A DNA stretch of 27,583 bases from an uncultured Actinomycetes bacterium (GCA_963706025.1 CAVPLM010000023.1:1-27583), one strand, 5' to 3'; counted from the stretch's first letter, positions 1 through 8,785 are shown. The notes: generated by a model from the sequence alone, not told the origin. Translations and numbers: made by a program.

Positions 1-1
1 G

Positions 2-120
2 AAACCACCGAGACGTTGCATGGAGACCCCCGTCCATTCTGGTCCCTACTCGGGGCTCAGATGCGACCGCGACAAGTGGGACGAGATGTTGGACCGGCTC
101 TGGCGGGCAGGGAAGCTGGT
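2..120 (+). CDS. Probable C-terminal end of an aldehyde:ferredoxin oxidoreductase (AOR/YdhV) family protein, partial at window edge
   Basis: Frame from nt 2 reads KPPRRCMETPVHSGPYSGLRCDRDKWDEMLDRLWRAGKL, resembling the AOR C-terminal 'P.R..E.P..GP..G...D...W..MLD' pattern. The usual 'YY..RGW' segment is missing and no stop codon is seen. Confidence 0.45.
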
Positions 121-1044
121 TGCAGATGAGCTGGAGTCGCCGGCATCCAACGCCACCGACCGTAGGCCGCGGGCGCTCGTCAGAGGCGCGCGGGCGATCT
201 GGCCTCGGGCGTCGCGTTTCGCCTGGTTCGCGCCGGGTTCTCGGTGGTGATGACCGAGATCGCCCGGCCCACGCTGGTGCGCCGCGCCGTCGCCTTTGGC
301 GAAGCGGTGTGGGAGGGCCGGGTGGAGGTCGAAGGCCTCCCGGGGATGCTCGCCCAGGACGCGATCGATGTACACCGGATACTGCGGAGTGGGGCGATCC
401 CGGTGATCGTCGATCCCGAAGCGGCTATCCGCTTCGATTTCCGTCCCGATCTGCTCGGTGGATGCCATCATGGCCAAGCGCAATCTGGGCACCCGTACGA
501 GCGACGCGCCGGCGGTCGTGGCGCTCGGTCCGGGTTTCGTGGCTGGCAGGGATGCGCACGCGGTCGTCGAGACTATGCGTCGGCCCTACCCTGGGCCGGG
601 TGATCACCGAGGGGGAGGGCCCTTCCCGACACCGGTGTTCCCGGAGAGCGGGTGGCTTCGCCGAAGAGCGGGTCCTGCGCTCCCCCTGTACCGGGGTGTT
701 CACCGGGCTGAGAGGGATCGGCGATCGGGTAAGCCAAGGGCGAGCCCGTGGGGCTGGTAGACGGGACCGCGGTCACAGCCGGGCTGGACGGCAGGCTCCG
801 CGGGATCCTCCGTTCGGGGAGCGTGGTAGGCCCCGGCTTCAAACTGGGGAAGATGCTCGATCCGTGCGCCGCCCGGGAACACTGCTTCCTCATCTCGGAC
901 AAGGCGTTGGCGGTGGCCGGCGGAGTGCTCGAGGCCGCATGTGCCCTGCTGGGGAACCTCCCCTCGGGATCTCGGATTCGCGGCCGGTCCGTGGGTACGT
1001 GTGAAGGCGTGAGGGCTGCTAGAGCGGCGCCCGACGGCTCGTAG
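120..1044 (+). CDS. yqeB: Selenium-dependent molybdenum hydroxylase system protein YqeB (EF2563 family), multiply frameshifted
   Basis: Stitching frames gives LVRGAGDLASGVAFRLVRAGFSVVMTEIARPTLVRRAVAF..DAIMAKRNLGT..VALGPGFVAGRDAHAVVETMRGPTLGRVITEG..ERVLRSP..G.LRG..CFLISDKALAVAGGVLEA. Indels near 190, 456, 580, 617, 650 and 740. Start uncertain. Confidence 0.85.
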
Positions 1045-1070
1045 GAACGGGACTGAGAGCGGGGCTCCAG

Positions 1071-1904
1071 GTGCAGGTCTTCACGCATGACAAGTTGACG
1101 GAGGCTCTCTCGCTCGGCCGACGGGAGTTGATAGCTCTGGTGGGGGGCGGGGGAAAGACGGGCTGTCTCCGCCTTCTCGCCCAGGAACTCTCCGGGTGGA
1201 GCCCACGGGTGCTTGCGACCACTACTACGGCGATGTTTGTCAAGGATCTGGAGGATCTCGGACCGGTGCTGGTCAGAGTCCGACCTTCGTGTTCTCCGAA
1301 CGCGGCTCCGGGCTGCGCTCGCCACCGCCGGTCTTGTCTGTGCCGTCCAGAGCGTCGACCGGGACGGCAAAGCCGCCGGCTTGCCGGTCGAATGGGTAGA
1401 CGATGTATGGGCGGCGGGGCTAGCGGATCACTTGGTGAGCGAGGCGGACGGAAGCCGGGGGATGTCCCTCAAGGCCTTCGGGGCCCACGAGCCGCAGGTG
1501 CCCCTCGGTGCGACCCTGATCGTGCAGGTCGCCGGGTTGGACGTGCTGGGTGCTCCCCTCGAAGAGCCGTACGTCCACAGGGCGGAGTTGCTTGCGCGGG
1601 CCTTGGGCGTCGAGGAAGGGGGAGATCGTTACCACGGATCTGTTCGCGGCCGCGCTGCGGGAGCAGCTTCGCGTGCTCCGCGGGTGCTGGCCGGGGGCCC
1701 GGGTGCGTCACTCTACTCAACAAGGCCGAGGAACCAAGCGCACGGACGCGGGGTCTCGAAGTGGCCGAGGAGATGCTGATGGAAACGCAGGGGGAGGACG
1801 GACGGGGCCCAATTCCGGAGGCGGTCGTCGTGGGCAGTCTGCGGGAGCGGGACTTCACACGGATCTCGCGAGCAGGGTGCGCTAGTGAGCGCGAGGGCCG
1901 GTGA
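1071..1904 (+). CDS. yqeC: Selenium cofactor biosynthesis protein YqeC, frameshifted
   Basis: ALVGGGGKT P-loop, VLATTTT, EADGSRGMSLKAFGAHEPQVP, VAGLDVLG and LLNKAE motifs spread over three frames (shifts near 1275, 1620, 1700). Lies between yqeB and a mocA-like gene. Confidence 0.85.
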   Translation: MQVFTHDKLTEALSLGRRELIALVGGGGKTGCLRLLAQELSGWSPRVLATTTTAMFVKDLEDLGPVLVRVRPSCSPNAAPGCARHRRSCLCRPERRPGRQSRRLAGRMGRRCMGGGASGSLGERGGRKPGDVPQGLRGPRAAGAPRCDPDRAGRRVGRAGCSPRRAVRPQGGVACAGLGRRGRGRSLPRICSRPRCGSSFACSAGAGRGPGCVTLLNKAEEPSARTRGLEVAEEMLMETQGEDGRGPIPEAVVVGSLRERDFTRISRAGCASEREGR

Positions 1905-2559
1905 ATCGGGATCCCAGAAGAGGGATGTGCGTGTCTCCGCCATCGTCCTGGCGGCCGGCCAGGCGACCCGCATGGGCGGGCAGAAGCTCCTCCTTCCCTT
2001 GAGGGAGCGGGCTTTGGTGGAGTGGGTCGCCGACGCCGCGCTCGGCGCCGGAGTGTCCGAGACCATCGTGGTCGTGGGGCACGAGGCAGAGGCAGTGGGC
2101 GCGATTCTGAGGGACAGACCGGTTAGGATCGTTCTCAACCCAGACTATGCCGCCGGCATGAGCGCTTCCCTCCGCGCCGGCGTTCGAACAGTCCGGCCGG
2201 ATTGCGATGCCGCGGTCTTTCTTCTAGGCGACCAACCCTTTGTGACCTCAGTGCTGATCGACCAGCTCATCGAGGTCTTTGCGGACGAGAACGCCTTGAT
2301 CGTGCGGACCTCCGTAGGCGGCCGTCCCGGTCACCCGGTGCTGATGGGAAGGGCACTGTTCCCTGAGATACTCGAGCAGCGGGGCGACGTGGGCGGGCGG
2401 GAGATAGCCGAGCGTCATCGGGAGCGGCAGATCCTGGTACCGCTGGACGATGAGAGGATGGCCGTCGACGTGGACACCGCTGAAGGTTTTCGGGCGGCTT
2501 CGTCGGCGCATGTGAGAATATGCCGAGATCGAGCAAAGGGGGTGGGGGACAAGGGTTGA
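1885..2559 (+). CDS. mocA: Molybdenum cofactor cytidylyltransferase (MocA/YgfJ, MobA-like NTP transferase)
   Basis: Intact 224-aa ORF with IVLAAGQATRMGGQKLLL, NPDYAAGMSASL, LGDQP, GHPV, GDVGGR and DVDT motifs. yqeB-yqeC-mocA synteny. Confidence 0.85.
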   Translation: MSARAGESGSQKRDVRVSAIVLAAGQATRMGGQKLLLPLRERALVEWVADAALGAGVSETIVVVGHEAEAVGAILRDRPVRIVLNPDYAAGMSASLRAGVRTVRPDCDAAVFLLGDQPFVTSVLIDQLIEVFADENALIVRTSVGGRPGHPVLMGRALFPEILEQRGDVGGREIAERHRERQILVPLDDERMAVDVDTAEGFRAASSAHVRICRDRAKGVGDKG

Positions 2560-2577
2560 GGACGGAAGCTGCGAGCC

Positions 2578-2594
2578 AGCATCATAACGATGCT
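2578..2594. promoter_or_regulatory. Candidate operator palindrome upstream of the ABC binding-protein gene
   Basis: AGCATC-ATAAC-GATGCT, a perfect 6-bp inverted repeat in an AT-richer intergenic stretch 48 nt before the ATG. Confidence 0.3.
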
Positions 2595-2641
2595 CCAGTT
2601 GAGGCAACGATAACAGCCAGTCACAAATTCAGAGGGGACAC

Positions 2642-4068
2642 ATGTCCGAAGCAGTAAGCCGTAGGGATTTTTGAAGATAGCAGGCGTGGCAGGTGCCGCG
2701 ATCGGCGTGGGCGCCGGTCTTGGCGGCCTTGTTGCAGCGTGCGGCGGGGAAGAGACGACGACTACTACCGCGGGGGCAGCCACCACTACAACCGCGGCGG
2801 GGGCCACCACTACCACTGGGGCAGCTGCAACCACTACCAGTGTCACCGCGGCCGTCGAGATGGGCCGCGAGATCAAACTGGGCTTCGTGACCCCGCAGAC
2901 AGGGCCCCTCGCGTCTTTCGGCGCTGCCGACAAGTACTGCCTCGAGCACTTCAACGAAGTGATCGGCGATGGAGTGGTGTGCGGGGACGGAAAGATGCAC
3001 AAGATCACGACCCTGCTCGTGGATAGCCAGTCCAACTCGAACCGTTCGGCGCAGGTCGCGGGCGACCTGATCTCAAACGACAAGGTGGACATCCTGATGG
3101 CCGCCTCAAGTGGCGACAACGTGGTACCGGTATCCGACCAGGCCGAAGCCTACGAGGTACCTTGTATAAGCTGCGACACTCCCTGGCAGGCTTGGTTCAT
3201 GGGCCGTGGAGGCGATCCGAAGGTCGGCTTCAAGTGGACCTATCACGCCTTCTGGGGGCAGGAGGACAACTTCGGCATCTACTTCGACCTGTGGTCCCAG
3301 GTGCCCAACAACAAGATTGTCGGCGTGCTCTGGCCGAACGACGTGGACGGCAATAACTACCGGTCCCAGTGGCCCGGTCCGTTGGAGAAGCAGGGGTACA
3401 CGGTCGTCGACGGCGGCTCCTTCCAGGACGGGACTGAGGACTACACGTCCGTCATCGACAAGTTCAAGAAATCCGGAGCAGAGATCATCTCTGGGGTCAT
3501 GAGCCCGCCTGACTTCACCAACTTCTGGAAGCAGTGCAAGCAGCAGGCCTTTACGCCGAAGATCGCCGGCGTGGGCAAAGCTCTGCTCTTCCCGCAGACC
3601 GGGGACGCGCTCGGCGACATCGGCGAGAACTTGTGTACCACCGTGTGGTGGCATCCGACCTATCCCTTCGCCTCGCCGCTGACCGGCGAGACGTGCCAGC
3701 AGTTCGCCGACAACTACACGGCCAAGACCACCAAACAGTGGACCCAGCCGCTGCTGCACTTCTTGGTCTTTGAGTGGGCTGTCGACGTGCTCAAGCGCAC
3801 CACCAACGTCGACGACAAGAACGTGATCATCGATGCCGTCACCAAGACCAACATGCAGACGATCTGCGGTCCGCTTGACTTCACGCAGCCTGTCGGCGCC
3901 GAAGGCGGCACCCGTCCGGTGCCGAACGTCGTGCGCACGCCGCTCTCAGGCGGCCAGTGGAGGCCCTCCGAGAAGTGGACTTTTGACTTGGTCCAGTGCA
4001 GCAACGCCGGTTGGCCGATGATCCCCATCACCAGCAAACTCCTGCCTCTGCCGGGCGCGGCCGCGTAG
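2642..4068 (+). CDS. ABC transporter substrate-binding lipoprotein (LivJ-like periplasmic binding protein type 1) with Tat signal
   Basis: RBS AGAGGGG then ATG at 2642: MSEAVSRRDF-[one-base loss in the T run at 2668-2672]-LKIAGVAG..LVAAC (twin-Arg motif plus lipobox). Then a Thr/Ala linker and IKLGFVTPQTGPLASFG..DSQS..VGVLWPNDVDG. Confidence 0.9.
2755..2853 (+). repeat. Low-complexity Thr/Ala linker with about four 24-nt (8-aa) degenerate units
   Basis: TTTTTAGAA-TTTTAAGA-TTTTGAAA-TTTSVTAA directly after the lipobox; codons are diversified. Confidence 0.75.
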
Positions 4069-4110
4069 ATCTCGGGTCGGTTCGGTCCTTCGGGACGGAG
4101 GTAGAGGGGT

Positions 4111-4139
4111 GGGCCCCGTCTTTGGGTGAGACGGGGCCC
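4111..4139 (+). terminator. GC-rich stem-loop after the binding-protein gene (terminator or mRNA stabiliser)
   Basis: GGGCCCCGTCT-ttgggtg-AGACGGGGCCC, a perfect 11-bp stem with no U tract. Confidence 0.55.
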
Positions 4140-4275
4140 GCGCCGTCCTCAGAGCGCGCAACATTTCCTGCGCGCACCCCTCCCCAACTCGGCTCGGGTT
4201 CCGAAAGGCATCCGGCCTTGGTGCTATCGCGGCCATGGACGGCGGGTCATACCGTCTGGACTTGGGGGCAGGTGA

Positions 4276-4645
4276 TTGGGCGCGCTTGAGACCTACCTGA
4301 GCGATGTACGGGATACGAGGCTGTCGGGGGAGGGTGTCTCCGAGCTGTCGTACTATCCGGCGCTGCGCGATCTGCTGGAGGACGTCGGAGGCGGGCTGAA
4401 GCCCAAGGTCCGCTGCTTCATGAACCTCAAGAACCGTGGGGCCGGCCTACCTGATGGGGGCCTGTTCACGGGCGATCAGGTGCGAAGCCGCAAGGCGGAC
4501 CAAAAGCGGCGGCCCGGCGACCGACGGGACCCGGCCCCGACCGGGGACACGCTGCAACTCATCCAGTTCGCCGGCCAGAAGCCCGCTCGCGGAGCCATCG
4601 AGGTGAAGGCCCAGAGCGCCGATATCGACGCCATGCTCGCAGCCT
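4276..4645 (+). pseudogene. N-terminal nuclease fragment of a Type ISP/IIG-like restriction-modification enzyme
   Basis: LETYLSDV..SELSYYPALRDLLE.VG..LKPKVRC..L.NRGAGLPDGGLFT.DQ..PARGAIEVK (PD..ExK nuclease motif). Similarity stops after about 120 aa; no methyltransferase follows. Confidence 0.65.
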
Positions 4646-4697
4646 ACTGCTGTCCGACGCAACTGCTACGATTGCGCAAAGGGGAAGGGGGCCATAA

Positions 4698-5586
4698 ATG
4701 CGTCAGTTCGGTGGTACGTGGAGCGAAACGAAGCTCGACTGCGTCGAGCGCTACGTGACTGCGTACCTCGGGGATGTTGATGCTTTCGCAGGTCGCGGCA
4801 AGCAGGCTCTGAAGAATGCCTCGGATGCGACTGCTGACGCCGTGGAACTGGACTCTTTCTTCGGTGACGAAGAGGAGCGGGCTGACGCCAAGGAGTTTCT
4901 CGTTGGCTCGGCGGTCCGTGCCCTTGCCGGCATCATCGAAATCGACCAGATCATTCGACCGCTTCGTCTTCATGGACGCAGACGAGGCGTCTTGCCAGGA
5001 ACTCGAGTCACTCATCTCGGCTGATTTCCCTCAGCTGCGGCACGCGGTGAGCATACTCTGCCACGATGCGAACGGCGCTCTTGATGAGTACGTGGCGCAC
5101 AATAACCGGGCCAGCGTGCGAGCGGTGGTCTTTCTTGATCCATTCGGTCTGGAGGCCAGCTGAAAAACCATTGGGCACCTCGCCAGCACGGGCCGCTTGC
5201 GACGTGTGGTATCTGTTCCCCCTAGGGGGTGTCATGCCATGATGACCAACAACGGGCAGGTGCCTGACGCGTGGAGGCGACGGCTGGATCGGGTCTTGGG
5301 GACGCCCGATTGGTACCGTGAGTTCTACCGCGCCAGCGGGCGGCAGTCGTTGCTTGAAGACGAGCAGGGCGGCGTGCTGAAAGACGCGTCGACCCGACAT
5401 GTCGTCGACTACATCCGGCAGCGTCTGCAGGCCGTCTTCCCCGCGGTATCGAATGCCGGGATACTGAGGAACGGCAAGAGTGCTCCACTCTTCGCGTTGG
5501 TCTTGGGTGTTTCGAGCCGAAGCCACGCTGCTCAGAGGGCCGCACTCAACATAGCGAACCACCTCGTGAGGGACCTGGGGCAGTGG
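4698..5586 (+). pseudogene. tcmP: Three-Cys-motif partner protein TcmP (TIGR04474-like), disrupted
   Basis: FGGTWSETKL, DAFAGRG, GSAVRAL, DAN, FLDPFG, DVWYLFP, LGTPDW and LRNGKSAPLFAL motifs. Frameshifts near 4928, 5195 and 5235; in-frame TGA at 5161-5163 where Trp is expected. Candidate extended -10 TGCTACGAT and G-rich RBS upstream. Confidence 0.8.
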
Positions 5587-6307
5587 TGCGCCACGACGAT
5601 AGCGTGGACAGAGGTGAGTTGGAACCCTGTGACGGGCTGTTCCAAGGTGTCTCCGGGTTGCCTCAACTGCTATGCGGAGCGAATGGCGAAACGGCTTCAG
5701 GCGATGGGACAGCCCAACTGTCGTGACGGGTTCGCTGTGCGCACGCACGATCACATGCTTGAGGTGCCGTCCTCATGGGCGAGACCCCGGATGGTCTTTG
5801 TGAACTCCATGGGCGACCTCTTTCACGAAGAAGTTCCCATCGACTTCATCAAACGTGTGTTTGAGGTGATGGAGCGTACCCCTCGGCACACCTACCAACT
5901 GCTTACGAAGCGCGCACCGCGGCTTACAGAGGTCGCTCCATTGCTCGCGTGGCCCGATAACGTTTGGATGGGGGTCACCGTTGAGGACAATGAGCGCCTG
6001 AGCCGAGTGGAACGACTTCGCAAAATCCCATCGACGGTGAAGTTCCTATTTACTGAGCCACTTCTTGGACCGCTGCCCGACCTAAACCTGGGCGGGATCG
6101 ACTGGGTGATTGTTGGTGGTGAGTCTGGCCCTCGAGCGCGGCGGATGCAGCAGGAATGGGTTTGCTCCATACGAGATGCGTGCGTCGACAGAGATGTACC
6201 ATTCCTTTTCAAACAATGGGGCGGTGTGCGCCAAGAGGCAGACTGGCCGGACGCTGGAAGGCCACATCTGGGATCAAATGCCGCGTGCAGTGGTGACTGC
6301 GGCCTAG
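5587..6307 (+). CDS. DUF5131 / phage Gp37-Gp68 family radical-SAM-like protein (start codon lost, frameshift near 3' end)
   Basis: IAWTEVSWNPVTGCSKVSPGCLNCYAE (Cx6Cx2C), FVNSMGDLFHE, YQLLTKR, EPLLGPL, WVIVGGESG and FKQWGG. A shift near 6230 restores ..GRTLEGHIWDQMP, ending at TAG 6305-6307. Confidence 0.88.
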
Positions 6308-6452
6308 CTACTGGATGAAGCGTCGAAGATGCCCAAGTCCGGGGCGGGAATCGCCGCGCGGAGAGAGCTGGCGCCTGCGGACATCCAGAGGTCGAGTTTG
6401 GTGAAGCCGGGTAGACCGGAGGGTGCTTGTCGGGCACGCAGCAGGAATGACA

Positions 6453-6890
6453 ATGACCGATCGTGAGCATCATCAGCAGTTGTTCACCGCGGAGCTCCAG
6501 TTCCGTCTCGCGTCTGCGGTCCGGCTCGCCGTAGCCGAGAACCGTCGGCCGGCTCGATCTCCCCGTGGAGTGGGTTCACGGCGAGCATTGAGTGAGCTAC
6601 GACGAGATTGCTCTGCGGCAGGATTAGGCGGACTTCGCAGCATTCTTCCTTCAGCAGTCGGCCGCATACCTGATGGCCGTCGCAGTGAAGGATGCCGTCC
6701 CCCGGCTGTCGTGCCGAATCCCAAGGCGTCTTCAGACTCCGATGCAAAGGCCGCCTATCAGATCGCACGGCTCATCCGAAACGCGTTTGCCCACGCGCCT
6801 TTCTTGCCGACGTGGTGGATCAATACCGACCGTCGAGACACCATCTTCGTCATTCCCGACCTGATCAGACTCGATACGACGCTCTTGGTG
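6453..6890 (+). pseudogene. Hypothetical helical protein with HEPN-like RxxxxH motif, disrupted
   Basis: Reconstructed MTDREHHQQLFTAELQFRLASAVRLAV..LDLPVEWVHGEH*VSYDEIALRQD*ADFAAFFLQQSAAYLMAVAVKDA..AAYQIARLIRNAFAHAPF. Stops at 6589 and 6625, two frameshifts, 3' end truncated. Confidence 0.5.
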
Positions 6891-7418
6891 GCGGAGCCAA
6901 GTCTTACGGCGAGCGGCTCTTCACCTTCCCGCGCATCGGAGAGCTGGGGCACGCGGACGCGGTGAAGGCCCTGGTGATTCCAGCCGAGGAACGCGGGGTC
7001 GCCTACGAAACGGCGGCGGTCCAACACATGGTCGGGTACGCCGAGGGCTATCCCTACTTCCTCCAAGAGTACGGGAGCATCGTCTGGGATTACTCGGCCG
7101 CGTCGCCGATCACGCTTGCTGATGCCTTGGCCGCTCAACCACTCGTGGAGGAGAAGTTTGGACAAGACTTCTTCCGGGTTCGCATAGAGCGAGCGACGCA
7201 GCTCGAGCGTCAGTACATGAAAGCCACGGCCGAATGTCGGTCAGGTGCGCACACCGGCGGGAGAGGTGGCGGAGAGACTCGGAAAGACGGCCCAGCAAGC
7301 GGCGCCAACAAGGGCGCGGCTCATCGAAAAGGGCTTGCTGTTTGCGCCCTCCCATGGCTCAGCGGCGTTTACGGTGCCACAATTCGATCGCTATCTGCTG
7401 CGCTCTACCCCATCATAA
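6890..7418 (+). pseudogene. C-terminal half of an AAA-family ATPase with winged-helix tail; N-terminal P-loop missing
   Basis: AKSYGERLFTFPRIGEL, GYPYFLQEYG..W and FFRVRIERAT..ERQYM; after a shift near 7260, EVAERLGK..APTRARLIEKGLLFAPSHG..AFTVPQFDRYL, ending at TAA 7416-7418. Confidence 0.75.
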
Positions 7419-7527
7419 TTGCGTCGCGAGCGGCCCCAGTCGGATCGCCGGGGGCCCCTGTGTTTGGATGTGGCCGGCGAGGGTGATCGGGACCGCGAGC
7501 GGACCGGCAGGTGTTCGAGAGGTTGTT

Positions 7528-7695
7528 ATGCGGGTCACCCAGTCCGGCAGCGACAAGCGGGCTGCTCCCGACCCGGACCACGTGGAGACGAACCCTCAGG
7601 ATGCGAGCGAGCTCGGTGTCGCTTCTGACAACGGCGTCGAAGTGCACTCGCGCAGGGGTGCTGTACGTGTTAGGGTCAAGGTGGCTGAGGGTGTT
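7528..7695 (+). pseudogene. Remnant of a molybdopterin dinucleotide-binding domain (C-terminal domain of DMSO reductase-family enzymes)
   Basis: HVETNPQDASELGVASDNGVEVHSRRGAVRVRVKVAEGV fits the 'VEINP.DA..LGI..GD.V.V.SRRG' pattern; isolated and degenerate. Confidence 0.6.
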
Positions 7696-7732
7696 GGACG
7701 CGGCCGGGCAAGGCGAGATGACGGAGGATGCG

Positions 7733-8445
7733 ATGGCAGACGATGAGTGGCAGGACGAACGTACTCCCAGTCTGGTGAAGATAAACGCCAAACCCGCACC
7801 ACTCGAGGTCGATCTGGCCCGCACGGCCGTCATCGTGGTCGACATGCAGAATGCCTTCCTGAGCGCGGGGGGGATGTTCGACCAAGCCGGTTACGATATT
7901 CCCGGGCCCCGGAGACCATCCGGCGAAACGCTGAGCTTCTCCCCGTTCTGCGTGAGGCAGGGGTCAAGGTCGTCTACATCATGATGAGCTACACCGCGGA
8001 CTACTCCGACGCCGGCGGTCCGCACTCGCCCAACTGGCACAAGGAGTTGGGTCTGGTCTTGATGCAGGATCGCCCTGAGACCTGGGGCAAGTACGTCACC
8101 CAGGGCACCTGGGATGAGGAGATCGTGGAGGATATCGCCCCCTGCCCGGGCGATGTGGTCGTACGCAAGCAGCGCTACAGCGGTTTCGCCTGCACGAATC
8201 TGGACATGGTGCTGAAGACGTTCGGCGTCCGCTACTGCCTCTACACTGGGGTGGCTACAAACGTCTGCGTGGAGACGACCCTGCGGGACGGGTTCCTACT
8301 CGACTACTGGCCCATCCTGGTCGCGGACGCGTGCGACAACTCCGGACCCGATCACAACCGGTTAGCGACGGAGTGGAACGTGGAGCACGCCTTCGGCTGG
8401 GTCACCAGTACCCGGGACGTGCTCAAGGCGCTGAGCGAGCCCTAG
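7733..8445 (+). CDS. rutB: Isochorismatase-family cysteine hydrolase, RutB-like (ureidoacrylate amidohydrolase), one frameshift near 7900
   Basis: GGAGG RBS at 7723-7727. TAVIVVDMQNAF, GGPHSPNWHK, GTWD, KQRYSGF, TGVATNVCVETTLRDGF and NVEHAFGWV motifs; Asp-Lys-Cys triad present. Confidence 0.75.
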
Positions 8446-8476
8446 AGTCAAAGGAATCGAGGGAAAGGGGAAGACG

Positions 8477-8761
8477 ATGCCGTACGTGCTCATACAGCAC
8501 CAGGTGAAAGACTACGCAACGTTCGAAAATGTGTTTCTGGACGACGGCGAGCGTCGGCGGCGTAGCGGCTGCAAGGGCGGAAGACTCCTTAGGAATGCCG
8601 GCGACCCAAACAATCTCATCGCCATCTTCGAATGGGACGGACTGGAACGGGCGAACGAGTTCGCAAACGGGCTGGAGCTCCACGAGGCCATGGAATGGGC
8701 CTCGGCAGGGACCACATCCACCGTCACGGTGCTGGAGGAGGTCCTCGAGGTCGACGCCTAG
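8477..8761 (+). CDS. Small dimeric alpha/beta-barrel (ABM/cyclase-like) protein
   Basis: 94-aa ORF with G-rich RBS; 'H.VKDY..F..VF......R...G......RN..DPN......EWD' pattern. Confidence 0.65.
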   Translation: MPYVLIQHQVKDYATFENVFLDDGERRRRSGCKGGRLLRNAGDPNNLIAIFEWDGLERANEFANGLELHEAMEWASAGTTSTVTVLEEVLEVDA

Positions 8762-8776
8762 GTAGCGACCGCCGCC

Positions 8777-8785
8777 TGGTATGCT
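8777..8785 (+). promoter_or_regulatory. Candidate extended -10 promoter for fba
   Basis: TGGTATGCT (TGn-TAnnnT) 58 nt upstream of the ATG. Confidence 0.4.

Noticed and set aside
2668-2672. Phase variation or programmed frameshift in the Tat signal T run
   Set aside because: The run is too short and matches the window-wide homopolymer error pattern.
4140-4270. Moco/Tuco riboswitch near the Mo-cofactor genes
   Set aside because: Only a generic GAAA tetraloop matches, and the segment lies downstream of the Mo genes, ahead of an R-M fragment.
5161-5163. In-frame TGA as selenocysteine, given nearby Se genes
   Set aside because: The position corresponds to a Trp in TcmP, the gene has other lesions, and no SECIS-like hairpin is evident.
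6237-6250. Another GGCAGACTGGC copy of the leader motif
   Set aside because: It lies within DUF5131 coding sequence and has no downstream AATACGACCGCTA partner.
6589-6627. TGA/TAG recoding (Sec/Pyl) in the HEPN-like ORF
   Set aside because: Both stops are single transitions from Arg and Gln codons, and frameshifts and truncation accompany them.
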